From an uncultured Oribacterium sp. (GTDB lineage Bacteria; Bacillota; Clostridia; Lachnospirales; Lachnospiraceae), in NCBI GenBank assembly GCA_946413525.1, contig CAMKKZ010000018.1, positions 1,082 through 65,081 on the forward strand: a stretch of 64,000 nucleotides of DNA, read 5' to 3'. Both the position numbers and the translations under genes were made by a program. This document shows positions 34,040 through 44,315 of the stretch, piece by piece. Below the pieces are notes generated by a model. The model made no database searches, was not told the origin of the DNA, and saw only the letters and a program-made list of their open reading frames with translations. Each line of letters opens with the position of its first letter. Within the stretch, counting starts at the first letter, position 1.

Positions 34040-35905
34040 TCACTCAAAAAGCTCTTCCTCCAGCCTTTGGATAATGGAGTCGGAATCGATCCTCAGGCCG
34101 GCCCTCAGCTTTGTGACATCGCCATGCTCGACATAATTGTCCGGCAGAGAAATAATGACGACCCTGACCTCCGGATGCTGCCTTTGCATATAATCCAGCA
34201 CCGTTTCGCCAAAGCCGCCCCTCCGCACATTTTCCTCCAGCGTAACAATCGCCCTGTGCCCCTTTTCCACCAGATCGTCCAGAAGCTCCGTATCCACCGG
34301 CTTCACAAACCTCGCGTTGGCCAGGGTGAAATCCCGCCCCCTCGCCCGCTCCTTTTCACGGATATGCACCGCGGTGGAAACCATGGATCCGGCGGCCACC
34401 ATGGCAATCTCATGCCCTTCATAGAGCATCTCCCCCCTGCCAAGGGCAATGGGCGCCCGGAAGTCGGAAAGCTCCTGGTAGGCAGTCCCCCGGGGGTAGC
34501 GTATGGCGACCGGCTGTCCCAGTTCCAGGGCGAAGGCAAGCATATCCCTCAGCTCGTTGGCATTTTTTGGCGCCATGACCGTCATATTCGGAATGCTGCC
34601 CAGGTAGGAGTAATCAAAAATGCCCTGATGAGTCTCCCCGTCCGATCCCACAAGGCCTGCGCGGTCTACCGCAAAGACCACCGGCAGACGCATTATGCAG
34701 ACATCATGCACGATCTGGTCATAGCCGCGCTGCAGGAAGCTGGAATACACGGCCACCACCGGCTTCAGCCCCATGCTGGCCATTCCCGCCGCGCTGGTGA
34801 CGGCATGCGCCTCCGCGATGCCGACGTCGAAAAACCTTTCCGGGAAAGCCTTCTCAAAAGCCGCAAGACCCGTTCCGCCGGGCATGGCGGCCGTAACGGC
34901 CACGATTCTCTGATCCATCCCGCCCAGCCTGACCAGCTCCTCGGAAAAAACGTCCGTATAATCCGGCGCTGTCTTTGGCTTTTTCGGCAGGCCGCTCGCG
35001 ATTTCGAAAGGCGCCACGCCGTGGAAACGGTCCGGATGCTGCTCGGCCGGTGGGTAGCCTTTCCCTTTTTTCGTCTGGACATGCACCAGGACCGCGTGAT
35101 CGATCCTGGACGCCTCCCGGATGACCCTCCGCACGGCGGAAATATTATGCCCGTCCACCGGACCCAAGTAGGTTATGCCCATGTCTTCAAATAGCATGCC
35201 GGGCAGCAGGAGCTGTTTGATGGAATTCTTTGTTCTTTGGAGATACTTGACCAGCCATCGGCCAATGACCGGCACAGACAGGAGGAAGCTGCCCACGGAA
35301 ATCTTGAATTGATTATATCCTCTGTCGGAACGGATGCCGTTCAGATATTTTGACATCCCGCCCACATTCCTGGAAATGGACATATTATTATCATTTAGGA
35401 CAATGATGAAATTTTTCTTCATGCGAGCCGCGTTGTTCAGGCCCTCGTAGGCCATGCCGCCCGTCAGGGCTCCATCCCCGATCACCGCCACGACCGAAAA
35501 ATCCTCCCCCTTCAGATCCCTGGCCTGAGCGATGCCCAGGGCGGCGGAAATGGACGTGGAACTGTGGCCCGTATCAAAACAGTCGAAAGGGCTTTCAGAC
35601 CGCTTCGGAAAACCGCTGAGGCCGCCGTACTGCCGGAGGCCGTCAAAATTATCCTTCCTTCCGGAAAGGATTTTGTGCGTATATGCCTGATGTCCCACGT
35701 CCCATACGATACGATCCCTGGGAAGGTCAAGCGCCAGATAAAGCCCGATGGTCAGCTCCACCACGCCAAGGTTTGACGCAAGATGCCCGCCATACTGGGA
35801 GGTCTTTTCGATTATGAATTCACGAATTTCCCCGGCAAGCGCGTTCAGTTCCCGCGAGGAAAGCTTTCTCAAATCCTCGGGTCCGCGAATATTTTCCAGA
35901 AACAC
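34040..35905 (-). CDS. dxs: 1-deoxy-D-xylulose-5-phosphate synthase
   Basis: GHSSTSISAALG, TPP motif GDGALTGGMAYEGLNNA; likely GTG start 35905 (GGGAGG-N6) rather than TTG 35929. Confidence 0.9.
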   Translation of the reverse strand: MFLENIRGPEDLRKLSSRELNALAGEIREFIIEKTSQYGGHLASNLGVVELTIGLYLALDLPRDRIVWDVGHQAYTHKILSGRKDNFDGLRQYGGLSGFPKRSESPFDCFDTGHSSTSISAALGIAQARDLKGEDFSVVAVIGDGALTGGMAYEGLNNAARMKKNFIIVLNDNNMSISRNVGGMSKYLNGIRSDRGYNQFKISVGSFLLSVPVIGRWLVKYLQRTKNSIKQLLLPGMLFEDMGITYLGPVDGHNISAVRRVIREASRIDHAVLVHVQTKKGKGYPPAEQHPDRFHGVAPFEIASGLPKKPKTAPDYTDVFSEELVRLGGMDQRIVAVTAAMPGGTGLAAFEKAFPERFFDVGIAEAHAVTSAAGMASMGLKPVVAVYSSFLQRGYDQIVHDVCIMRLPVVFAVDRAGLVGSDGETHQGIFDYSYLGSIPNMTVMAPKNANELRDMLAFALELGQPVAIRYPRGTAYQELSDFRAPIALGRGEMLYEGHEIAMVAAGSMVSTAVHIREKERARGRDFTLANARFVKPVDTELLDDLVEKGHRAIVTLEENVRRGGFGETVLDYMQRQHPEVRVVIISLPDNYVEHGDVTKLRAGLRIDSDSIIQRLEEELFE

Positions 35906-35962
35906 GCAGCACCTCCCTTCCCGGCACAAAAAATAACGGGAAAACCCACGTTTACGGCAAAT

Positions 35963-37099
35963 TCACCTGTCCCGATGTACCAGGGATTCAAAAAGTGACA
36001 AGAGGAAATCCCTCTCCCCCCCGTCCAGTCCTTCGGAAGGGATGGAACACAGGAGCTCCCCGGCCTCGGCGGAAAGTCTTGCCACCTCCGCAGCCGCTTT
36101 TTCTATTCCATGCAAAGTAACGTAGGTGGTTTTCCCGTTTTCCTCGTCCGAGTGGACAGGCTTTCCCAGCGTGTCATCGGTAGATGTCACGTCCAAGATG
36201 TCGTCCTGAATCTGGAAGGCAAAGCCCACCCTCTCCGCCACCCTGCGGAGCACTTCGATATCCGCCTCGGGGGCCCCGGCCAGCACGGCTCCAATGGACA
36301 GGGAGGCGGCAATCAGCCTCGATGTCTTCAAGCTGTAAATGAAATGAAGCTGATCCTCGGACAGTGCCTTCCCCGTCATTTCCACATCCACGACCTGACC
36401 GCCCAACATGCCATATACCCCGGAATCATGGGAGAGGTAATATACCGCTTCCATTGCATCACGCATATATCGAAGCAATTGCCCCGCCGCGCCCGGATTC
36501 CCATCCTGAGAAAACGCGGCCCACGGCTGCCCTTCCCGAGAAGACACGGCTTCCGGCTGCCCCTCCCGGGAAGACACGGCTTCCGGCTGCCCTTCCCGAG
36601 AAGATAAGGCTTCCGGCTGCCCTTTCTGAGAAAACGCGGCCCACGGCTGCCCTTCATTCTGAGAAAAGGCCTCATACTGCCGTCTCACAGCGGCGGAAAC
36701 AGCCTCAAAGGCATACAGCGACAGGGCGTCACCGCAAAGAGTGCCCATGTCCACCCCGTACTTAAACCATACGGATTCCCTTCCCCTGCGGTATTTGTCA
36801 TTATCCATGCAGGGGAGGTCGTCATGGCAGAGGGAAAAGGTATGGATCATTTCCATAGAAGCCATGGCGGCTTCCAGCACGGGCCTCATAAAGCCGTCCC
36901 TTGCGGAATCCTTTTTGAACAATTCATAGGCAGTCAGCATCATCAGGGGACGCAGGCGCTTGCCGCCGGCCTCCACCGCATAGTGAAGGGCTTCCATGAC
37001 CCTTTCCTGCTGCCCCTCCACCGCCGGGAGCTGCCTCCTGATGATATCCTCGCATAACTGCGTCCTTTTTTTCATCTCAAGAGAGAATTCCATCTTCAT
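35963..37099 (-). CDS. ispA: polyprenyl (farnesyl/geranylgeranyl) diphosphate synthase with internal repeat insertion
   Basis: FARM LCHDDLPCMDND and SARM FQIQDDILD; alternative ATG at 37075 one nt after xseB stop. Confidence 0.85.
   Translation of the reverse strand: MKMEFSLEMKKRTQLCEDIIRRQLPAVEGQQERVMEALHYAVEAGGKRLRPLMMLTAYELFKKDSARDGFMRPVLEAAMASMEMIHTFSLCHDDLPCMDNDKYRRGRESVWFKYGVDMGTLCGDALSLYAFEAVSAAVRRQYEAFSQNEGQPWAAFSQKGQPEALSSREGQPEAVSSREGQPEAVSSREGQPWAAFSQDGNPGAAGQLLRYMRDAMEAVYYLSHDSGVYGMLGGQVVDVEMTGKALSEDQLHFIYSLKTSRLIAASLSIGAVLAGAPEADIEVLRRVAERVGFAFQIQDDILDVTSTDDTLGKPVHSDEENGKTTYVTLHGIEKAAAEVARLSAEAGELLCSIPSEGLDGGERDFLLSLFESLVHRDR
36505..36670 (-). repeat. in-frame 30-bp x 5 tandem repeat inside ispA
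   Basis: GGCTGCCC at 36525, 36555, 36585, 36615, 36645; encodes EGQPEAVSSR-type decapeptides between FARM and SARM. Confidence 0.9.
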
Positions 37100-37286
37100 C
37101 CAGAACCTTTACCTGTTTTTCAATCCTGTCAATACTGTCATTTGCTTCCTTCAGGAGCCCTACGCCTTTTTTGTACATCTCGAAGGACTTTTCCAGGCTT
37201 TCCTCTTCCTCCAGCTTCTGCATCAGCTCATCCAGTTCCTGGAAAAGCTCATTCAGGCTCTTCTTCTTTGTCTTCGCTTGCGCCAT
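37077..37286 (-). CDS. xseB: exodeoxyribonuclease VII small subunit
   Basis: MAQAKTKKKSLNELFQELDELMQKLE..; start 37286 with GGGAAGGGGA upstream. Confidence 0.85.
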   Translation of the reverse strand: MAQAKTKKKSLNELFQELDELMQKLEEEESLEKSFEMYKKGVGLLKEANDSIDRIEKQVKVLDEDGILS

Positions 37287-37413
37287 CCGGTCCCCTTCCC
37301 TATCCAGTCCACATTGCTCCATGCCCCGTCAACATCTACAGAATAAAGTTTGAATGCTGCGGAAAAATCCGAACAAAGAATGCCTGGAAAAACGCGGCCA
37401 CCCGGCTGCGCCG

Positions 37414-38694
37414 CTATACGCTGCCGTCCTCCGCGGGGCAGACCTCGGAAACCCTGCTCAGGAAATAGCCATCCTTCAGCGTGGTCCTGACATCGTCCCC
37501 TTCCTTCACGCTGCTTATTGAGGAAATCCTCCTTCCCCCGGCATCCTGCACATAGCCAAAGCCAGAGGACATTTTCCGGAGCGGTGATGCCGCTTCCAGC
37601 CTCTCACAGAGAATATCCAGCCTATGGCGGCACGAAAGGAGCTTTTTTTCCAGCATTGCCTTCATTTCTTCATAAGACTCAGCCTTTTTCTTTGCCCGTT
37701 CCATGGCAGCATCCCAAAGCCGGCGGAGCCTGCCCTCCATCTCAACGCAGTGCTGCCTTTCCGCCATGAGCACCGTCAGGGGATTGAATTTCGAAAGCTG
37801 CAGGCGCAGAACGGAATGACGCTGCCTCTCCCGGGACAGCTTTTCCATCATGGTGGCGGACAGTGCCGCTTTCAGGGAAACAATCTGCTCAGAGAACCTG
37901 GCATAATCAAAGACGGCCAACTCCGCCGCGGCGGATGGCGTAGGAGCCCGCAGATCCGCCACAAAGTCCGCGATTGTCACATCGGTTTCGTGCCCGACGG
38001 CGGAAATGACCGGCGTATCCGCGTTAAAGATTGCCATGGCCACGCTTTCCTCATTAAAAGCCCATAAATCCTCGATGGAACCGCCTCCGCGCCCCACGAT
38101 CAGCACATCCAGCCCCATCCTGTCCAGGCGCTCGATGCCGTTCACAATGGAAGCGGCCGCGCCGTCCCCCTGCACCAAAGCAGGGTACAGGAAGAGCTCC
38201 ACGTAAGGGTTCCGCCTTTTCGCGATCTGGATAATGTCCCGCACCGCGGCTCCTGTCTCTGCCGTGACAATGCCCACCCTCATGGCATAGGGCGGAATCG
38301 GCTTTTTGTACATGTCGTCAAAAAGCCCCATTTCCCGAAGTTCGGCCTTCAACTGTTCAAAGCGAATATACAGCTCGCCAATGCCGTCCATGCTGATCCG
38401 CTTTGCGTAAATCTGGTAAGACCCGCCCCTCTCGTACACGCCGATCCGCCCCGTACATAACACCTGCATGCCGTTTTCCAGACGGAATGAAAGCCCGCCC
38501 CTGTCCCCGGCAAACATAATGCCCGATATCTGGGAAAGCGGATCCTTCAGCGTGAAATAAATATGCCCGGACGGATGGTATTTCAGGTTGGACAGCTCCC
38601 CCTTCAGGGTTATATCAGATAAGGCGAAATCATTAGAAAAAACCCGGGAGATATAACGGTTGATCTCCGAAACCGTATAAGCTTTGCCGCTCAT
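37414..38694 (-). CDS. xseA: exodeoxyribonuclease VII large subunit
   Basis: 426 aa; N-terminal OB fold ([17 protein letters not shown]), catalytic core, helical tail; overlaps nusB stop by 4 nt. Confidence 0.9.
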   Translation of the reverse strand: MSGKAYTVSEINRYISRVFSNDFALSDITLKGELSNLKYHPSGHIYFTLKDPLSQISGIMFAGDRGGLSFRLENGMQVLCTGRIGVYERGGSYQIYAKRISMDGIGELYIRFEQLKAELREMGLFDDMYKKPIPPYAMRVGIVTAETGAAVRDIIQIAKRRNPYVELFLYPALVQGDGAAASIVNGIERLDRMGLDVLIVGRGGGSIEDLWAFNEESVAMAIFNADTPVISAVGHETDVTIADFVADLRAPTPSAAAELAVFDYARFSEQIVSLKAALSATMMEKLSRERQRHSVLRLQLSKFNPLTVLMAERQHCVEMEGRLRRLWDAAMERAKKKAESYEEMKAMLEKKLLSCRHRLDILCERLEAASPLRKMSSGFGYVQDAGGRRISSISSVKEGDDVRTTLKDGYFLSRVSEVCPAEDGSV

Positions 38695-39356
38695 GGATTG
38701 ACATCCTGCCCTACGCCGCCGGTTTCATTTTCCGAAGAACGCGTATCTGCCTGACTTTCCGAAATGCGCCCATCCGCTGACGAATCCTCCGCCCTTCCGG
38801 CGTGAGATGGCTGCTGCCTGTTAAGCACGATATGCAACTTCCTGCCCTTCCGGCTGCCCTCCCGAAGTTCCCCTTTCCGTGATGACCTCTCCTGTCCCGA
38901 GCGCACAGGACGCCTCTCCTTTTCCGGACTGACGATACGCCCAAGCACTCCATTGACGAAAGAACCCGATTCATCACCGCCATAGCGTTTGGCCAGTTCC
39001 ACGGCCTCATTAATGGAAACGCTCTCCGGAACCGTTTCATCATAACTGATTTCATAAAGGGCCAGGCGGAGGATTGCAAGGTCTGTTTTGGACATCCTCC
39101 GGGTGGTCCACCCCTCCGTAGCCTCGTTCACCTTCCCATCCAGCTCCGAAAGCAGCGAGAGAACCTTCTCCACATCACGACAGATTCTTTCCCTGTCCTC
39201 TTCCGACACGCGCGATAGCAGCACCGTCCTGTCCCCATCGTCATAATCCGGGGAATCAAAATAAGCCCGCAGCTGCTTCCCGGAATCCTCTCCCGGATAG
39301 AACTGCGAAAGAAAAAGGAGCTTGAATTTATGATCTCTTTCCTCGCGCCTAGTCAT
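38691..39356 (-). CDS. nusB: transcription antitermination factor NusB with ~80-aa basic/disordered C-terminal extension
   Basis: [14 protein letters not shown].., [11 protein letters not shown].., [25 protein letters not shown] are NusB motifs. Confidence 0.85.
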   Translation of the reverse strand: MTRREERDHKFKLLFLSQFYPGEDSGKQLRAYFDSPDYDDGDRTVLLSRVSEEDRERICRDVEKVLSLLSELDGKVNEATEGWTTRRMSKTDLAILRLALYEISYDETVPESVSINEAVELAKRYGGDESGSFVNGVLGRIVSPEKERRPVRSGQERSSRKGELREGSRKGRKLHIVLNRQQPSHAGRAEDSSADGRISESQADTRSSENETGGVGQDVNP

Positions 39357-39735
39357 TATCTTCCGTCACCAAACCCGCAATCCTGATATCCACATTTTTC
39401 ACTGAAAGCCCCGTCATATTCTCTATGGCTCGGCTGACCTTCTCCTGCACTTTCTCAGAAACCTTTGGAATGGGATAGCCATATTTCACGGTCAGATTGA
39501 GTGCCACAGAAACACTTTCACCATCAATTTCAATTTTGACTCCCCTGGACAGATCCCGGATGCCCATCCTGGAAATGATCGCGCCGGACCAGCCGCCGGA
39601 CATGGAATCCACGCCCTCCACCTCCGTGGCGGCAATGCCGGCTATGATGGCAACAACCTCGTCGGCAATAATGACCTCCCCGTTCTCGTCTTTTTCATAA
39701 ACCAAATGTGTCTTTCTCTCTTCTGCCTGCTCCAT
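39349..39735 (-). CDS. Asp23/Gls24 family envelope stress protein
   Basis: 128 aa; [20 protein letters not shown].. and ..NVDIRIAGL typical of Asp23 family. Confidence 0.85.
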   Translation of the reverse strand: MEQAEERKTHLVYEKDENGEVIIADEVVAIIAGIAATEVEGVDSMSGGWSGAIISRMGIRDLSRGVKIEIDGESVSVALNLTVKYGYPIPKVSEKVQEKVSRAIENMTGLSVKNVDIRIAGLVTEDND

Positions 39736-39739
39736 TTTC

Positions 39740-39900
39740 CCTCCCTGTCAGAATGGCTCCTGCCCACTCTGATCATATGACAAGCCGATGCTGCATCGCG
39801 TCAGCCAGCCTCCAGTCCGAACGGCTTCCGCCCACTCTGATCATATGACAAGCCGACGCGGCATCGCGTCAGCCAGCCTCCAGTCCGAACGGTTTTCAAG
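39740..39900. repeat. two-hairpin intercistronic repeat, cluster d (2 divergent units)
   Basis: ..CCCACTCTGATCATATGACAAGCCGATGCTGCATCGCGTCAGCCAGCCTCC twice; hairpin A variants CGATG-CTG-CATCG and GACGCG-GCAT-CGCGTC. Confidence 0.8.
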
Positions 39901-40046
39901 CCTTCCTGATTCCCGGCAAGGAAACAAGTTTCCCAGACCGGGCCTCCCCGTTCCTTCAGTTGAGTTCTCCTATCATACCATTTTGCCCGGATAATGTAAA
40001 GTGGGAGCGGCATTTACATATTCTTGAAGGATATCAATGAAGGATA

Positions 40047-42035
40047 TCAGCAAAGATCAAAGGCAAAAGTTTCGTAAATCCACCTGTGGAAAGCAAGGCT
40101 GTCATTCGGCTTGGTCAGCCTGAAAATCACCAGGGTTTTGTTTTTTTCTCCGCTGACAGAATGCCACTCGATTGATTTATATTCCGCGGGGACAACGATC
40201 TCCCCATCTCGGGAAAGGACGCCCTGTTTACCTGATTCATCCGTAACAATCATGAAGCAATCCTCATACAAGGCGGAAACATCCTTGTAGCTTCCATACT
40301 CCGCCTCGACTTCCACAGATTTTTTTCCCTCCTTTTCGACAAGCCGCAGCAATGCGGCATGGCCGTCAATTACCGCCGTCAGCATTGGCGAATCGGAATC
40401 AATTGAGAAATGTATTTTACTGTCCGCTCCCAAAAAAGGGTAATCTCCTTCCTCATCTATCAAAGCCCATGTGCCATTGGAGTTCTTTACGCAGGCGACC
40501 CCGAGCTCGGGATCAAAATCACAGGCGTCCAGGAACTTTCTTGTCGCGCGCTGTCCCGAGGAATCAATAAAATAAGCAAAGAAGGGGTCTTCCCGCACAA
40601 GGGCCATCCCGTATTCAAAATCCGAAGCATCGAGATAGATGGCCGGCGTGAGCTCATTACCGGCATCATCCCGGTAACCCAGAAGCCCGTTCTCCCCGAT
40701 ATACCTGTAAATGTCAGGATATTCCGACTGATGGGATTCCGCGGACTCTGCAAATTTATGCGTCTGCCCGTTCCCGGCTTTCGATCCGGTTTTCATCGCC
40801 GACACGTCTGTTTCAAATTCCGGCCTGATTTCAATCGTTGGCTCTTCCGGATCAGGCTCAGTGCTGATTTTAATCACCGGCTCTTCCGAATCAGTCACCG
40901 TACTGATTTTAATCACCGGCTCTTCCGAATCATCTGCCGTCCCGCTTACAATGCCCGCTTCTGTTTCGGCAGACGGCCCAAAGCTCATCATATATTCGTC
41001 TATCCGTTCAAAATACTCCGCCGCCCTGCCCTTGCTATAATCACGGGCATCCTTCTCGCACTCCTGATAAAAATAATCATAAAAGCCTCTATCCTCAGCA
41101 TCCACGTAATGCAGGAATTCCTCTTTGAATTTGGCCGCATTGGAAAAAAAAGAGAGCCCTTTTGCCTCCTCGTCCAACTTGTCATACACATCAACGACAC
41201 GGTACTGCATGGCATGTCTGGCCTCATGCGCAACCGTCTCCACGAAACTTTCCGAAGAATAGTGTATAAGCCCGTTCAGGTTCAACATGATCTGATGCCC
41301 CCTATCGCTATATGAGCCCAGGAGAATTTCCTCAAGATTGTCGGCACCGACCTTCAGCTCATGAGGGATGCCGAGGTGTATGCGCTCGATATTTGCCACC
41401 GTCCGTAAAACATCCATTTTTTCCCCTACAGTCAATGTCCCCCAGACTCCGCTCCGAAGCTTTATCAGCGTTTCGATGTTATTCTCGATGGTCTGCCCTT
41501 CCCCCTCGGACTGCCCTGCCAGGGCGGCTTCCGGCAGGATGAGGGTGTAGCCCATAATTTTGTTCATCCCGATTATCAGCATGACGAAGAAAAGGGCCGT
41601 ACACATGATATTCCGGACCCCCCGCATGGTCAGGAATGCCCGCCACATAAGGACCTTCCGAATTCTCCCCCTGTTCCGGATCCTCCGGCAAAAAACAAGC
41701 GCCGCGTATGCCAGGGCAAAGACCAATGCGGCCAGAATGGACGCCCTGACAAAGCTCCCGCTGACAGACAGATAAGCAAGGACCGTATAAATACCAAATC
41801 CGCCTGTAATATCGAAGAACACGCTGAGGCTGTTCCGCTCCCTTTTCATCCCAAACAGGATTCCGACCAGACAGCATGCCAGGACGATTCCCATCAGAAT
41901 AAGCCTGGATTCATCAGCCGTACGGGAATCAAGGCATCTGAACAAAAGAGCCTTATAGCAAATCCATCCAATAATCAAGCAGTTAACATGGGAAATCGCA
42001 AATCCCACTTTATCCTTCGTATTCTCACCGTACAT
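40047..42035 (-). CDS. polytopic membrane protein with HEXXH motif and C-terminal WG-containing repeats
   Basis: 662 aa; ~5 N-terminal TM helices, VAHEARHAMQY (H270-E-x-x-H274), EEPVIKIST repeats, then GLLGYRDDAGNEL.. / GTWALIDEEGDYPF WG-type repeats. Confidence 0.65.
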   Translation of the reverse strand: MYGENTKDKVGFAISHVNCLIIGWICYKALLFRCLDSRTADESRLILMGIVLACCLVGILFGMKRERNSLSVFFDITGGFGIYTVLAYLSVSGSFVRASILAALVFALAYAALVFCRRIRNRGRIRKVLMWRAFLTMRGVRNIMCTALFFVMLIIGMNKIMGYTLILPEAALAGQSEGEGQTIENNIETLIKLRSGVWGTLTVGEKMDVLRTVANIERIHLGIPHELKVGADNLEEILLGSYSDRGHQIMLNLNGLIHYSSESFVETVAHEARHAMQYRVVDVYDKLDEEAKGLSFFSNAAKFKEEFLHYVDAEDRGFYDYFYQECEKDARDYSKGRAAEYFERIDEYMMSFGPSAETEAGIVSGTADDSEEPVIKISTVTDSEEPVIKISTEPDPEEPTIEIRPEFETDVSAMKTGSKAGNGQTHKFAESAESHQSEYPDIYRYIGENGLLGYRDDAGNELTPAIYLDASDFEYGMALVREDPFFAYFIDSSGQRATRKFLDACDFDPELGVACVKNSNGTWALIDEEGDYPFLGADSKIHFSIDSDSPMLTAVIDGHAALLRLVEKEGKKSVEVEAEYGSYKDVSALYEDCFMIVTDESGKQGVLSRDGEIVVPAEYKSIEWHSVSGEKNKTLVIFRLTKPNDSLAFHRWIYETFAFDLC
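40826..40935 (-). repeat. in-frame 39-bp x ~2.8 repeat
   Basis: GGCTCTTCCG at 40840, 40879, 40918; encodes SEEPVIKISTVTD units. Confidence 0.8.
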
Positions 42036-42157
42036 ACAGATGCCTCCTTCCTAATTTATTTTTTGATGATTCGGCGACCCATGGATATCATCCCCCGCCG
42101 CATTAATACGGCGCGGCATGTCCTGATACATCTAACACATTCGGAATCCCATGATTA

Positions 42158-43222
42158 TCAGTCTCCGTTCCGGCAGATCAGTTCTGCCATTTTCAGAATC
42201 TCGTCATGAAGCTCCAGATTCTTTTTCCACTTCTCATCCAGAGCCCCGTATCCGACAAGCGCGCCAAGGATGTTCCCGGTAATGGCGCCCGTGGAATCGC
42301 TGTCCCCGTTATGGTTTGCCGCCGCGATGATGCCTGCGGAAAAGTCCCGCCGATATCGCAGGGAGCAATAGACCGCGATGGCGAGCGCCTCTTCCCCGAC
42401 CCATCCCTCTCCGAGCTTGTGGATGTTTTCGATATCCGGCCCGTCATTTTTCGAAAGCGCAACGGCCAGGGACGTGATCTCCTCCATCCGCCTGAGCTCA
42501 TTCCCCCTTAACGCGCGGAAAATCTTTTTCATCGAGCTTACGGACTGCCGGACGATTGACTCAAGATCCTTCTCCGTGAAAATCAGCTCATGCACTATAT
42601 GGGTGAGCATGGCGGCCGGAATATATCCGAGCGGGCTGCCATGGGTAATGGCGGCGATCTGGGCCGATTCCCTTTCCAAAAGCCCCAGGCTGGTCCCCCC
42701 GAGCATCCCGACCGGAGCCGCCCGCATCACCCCTCCGCAGCCATGGCTGTCATTCGGATGGGCGACAATATAGTCCGGCTTGTAGATATTGTCACGGTTT
42801 GCGTACAGCGCGCCAAGGCAGGTATTGCCTGGCGCGCGCCGTCTGTAGAGCCCCTGGATGGACAGCAGGAAGGAGTTCCCATCCGGCGCGTACTTCTCCT
42901 CCTGGGTCTTCAGCCAGTCAAGATAGGACCTGGCCACGAAATGGCGCGGGTGGCCGTCCCCCTCCGACTCGAGGTAATGGACCAGCCCCTCCGCGGTAAA
43001 GAGCGTCATCTGCGTATCATCGGAGATCCTCGCGGCACCGTACAAAAGCCTGTACTCCTGTATCCCGCCTTCCCCGTATTTTTCAAAAATGCTTTTTTCA
43101 TCCAAAAACTCAACGGCATATCCCAGAGCGTCCCCCGCCGCCCCGCCGATAAAGCATCCCCGTATCTTGTCCTTTTGCTCATCAGATAATTCGGACTGCC
43201 TGAAAATCGTATTGCACACCAT
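42158..43222 (-). CDS. ADP-ribosylglycohydrolase family protein
   Basis: 354 aa; IRGCFIGGAAGDALGYAVEF and C-terminal ANHNGDSDSTGAITGNILGA metal-site motifs. Confidence 0.85.
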   Translation of the reverse strand: MVCNTIFRQSELSDEQKDKIRGCFIGGAAGDALGYAVEFLDEKSIFEKYGEGGIQEYRLLYGAARISDDTQMTLFTAEGLVHYLESEGDGHPRHFVARSYLDWLKTQEEKYAPDGNSFLLSIQGLYRRRAPGNTCLGALYANRDNIYKPDYIVAHPNDSHGCGGVMRAAPVGMLGGTSLGLLERESAQIAAITHGSPLGYIPAAMLTHIVHELIFTEKDLESIVRQSVSSMKKIFRALRGNELRRMEEITSLAVALSKNDGPDIENIHKLGEGWVGEEALAIAVYCSLRYRRDFSAGIIAAANHNGDSDSTGAITGNILGALVGYGALDEKWKKNLELHDEILKMAELICRNGD

Positions 43223-43402
43223 GTTCCCCTTTCCTCCCTCCTCCCTCTTAACAGAGCCATTTTGAGCCTTGTATTATTACATTTCGGCAATCCTGCGCTT
43301 CCCATAATTTATTCCGAAATATATATTTCGAGACGAGGAATGCTGCGGTTAAATCCTAAAACATTTGCCCCACACACGGCAGAATTCCAGAGTCCCATGG
43401 TA

Positions 43403-43432
43403 TTGAAGTAATGTAATTATTTGTGTTATACT
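43403..43432 (+). promoter_or_regulatory. sigma-A-type promoter of terD
   Basis: TTGAAG-N18-TATACT with TG upstream of -10; predicts ~150-nt leader with two hairpins. Confidence 0.5.
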
Positions 43433-43585
43433 ATTCAGGTACTAAACAAAGACGCATCGTTTACTCCAGAGTTTGACTGCAGTACAAAAATGCCGTAGTC
43501 AAATCCTGAAAAACACGCCTGGATGAATATTTTTCAGGAATCCGAAACGATCGGATAATCATTATGACAAAGGAGGGTGAACAGT

Positions 43586-44167
43586 ATGGCAGTTAATTTA
43601 TCAAAGGGACAGAAGGTAGACCTGACAAAGGGAAATCCCGGTCTCAAGAAAATCCTTGTCGGCCTTGGATGGGATGTCAACGCCTTTGATTCCGGCGGAG
43701 ATTTTGACCTGGATGCCGCGGCCTTCATGGTCGGTCCGGACGGCAAATGCCCCAGCGAGAAGGAATTCGTGTTCTACAGCAACCTTAATCATCCAAGCGG
43801 TGCCGTCAGCCACCAGGGCGACAACCTTACCGGCGCGGGCGAGGGGGATGATGAGCAGATCCTTGTGGACCTCAGCCTGGTACCGGCCAACATTGACAAG
43901 ATTGCCTTCACCGTGACCATCTATGACGCGGACAACCGCCGCCAGAACTTCGGCCAGGTTTCCAACGCCTATATCCACCTCATGGACCAGGTCAACAACG
44001 TGGATCTGATCCGTTACGACCTCGGGGAGGATTTCTCCATCGAAACGGCCGTGGTCGTGGGCGAGCTTTACAGGAACGGCAGCGAATGGAAGTTTAATGC
44101 CATCGGCAGCGGCTTCCAGGGCGGTCTTGCCGCCCTTTGCGCCCACTATGGCATCCAGGCCGGCTGA
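43586..44167 (+). CDS. terD: TerD family stress protein
   Basis: [13 protein letters not shown].., [22 protein letters not shown] Ca-binding motifs; AAGGAGGG 8 nt before ATG 43586. Confidence 0.9.
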   Translation: MAVNLSKGQKVDLTKGNPGLKKILVGLGWDVNAFDSGGDFDLDAAAFMVGPDGKCPSEKEFVFYSNLNHPSGAVSHQGDNLTGAGEGDDEQILVDLSLVPANIDKIAFTVTIYDADNRRQNFGQVSNAYIHLMDQVNNVDLIRYDLGEDFSIETAVVVGELYRNGSEWKFNAIGSGFQGGLAALCAHYGIQAG

Positions 44168-44243
44168 TTCAATGGACGCATAGGTCGATTTGCCCCGCAA
44201 GCAGTTTGGTGTGTCAATAAATCAGCTACAAATAACGTAACAA

Positions 44244-44298
44244 AGCCGCCGTCCCCGGAGAGGTAGAAAAACCCTCCGGGGACGGCGGCTTGATTTTC
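44244..44298. terminator. bidirectional terminator between terD and the 585-aa gene
   Basis: AGCCGCCGTCCCCGGAG-N13-CTCCGGGGACGGCGGCT 17-bp stem, then TGATTTTC. Confidence 0.8.
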
Positions 44299-44315
44299 AA
44301 TCGGCGGGCCCGGGC

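Noticed and set aside
43586-44167. Tellurite-resistance (ter) operon
   Set aside because: Only a single terD-family gene is present. No terA/B/C/E/F/Z or associated biosynthetic genes are adjacent.
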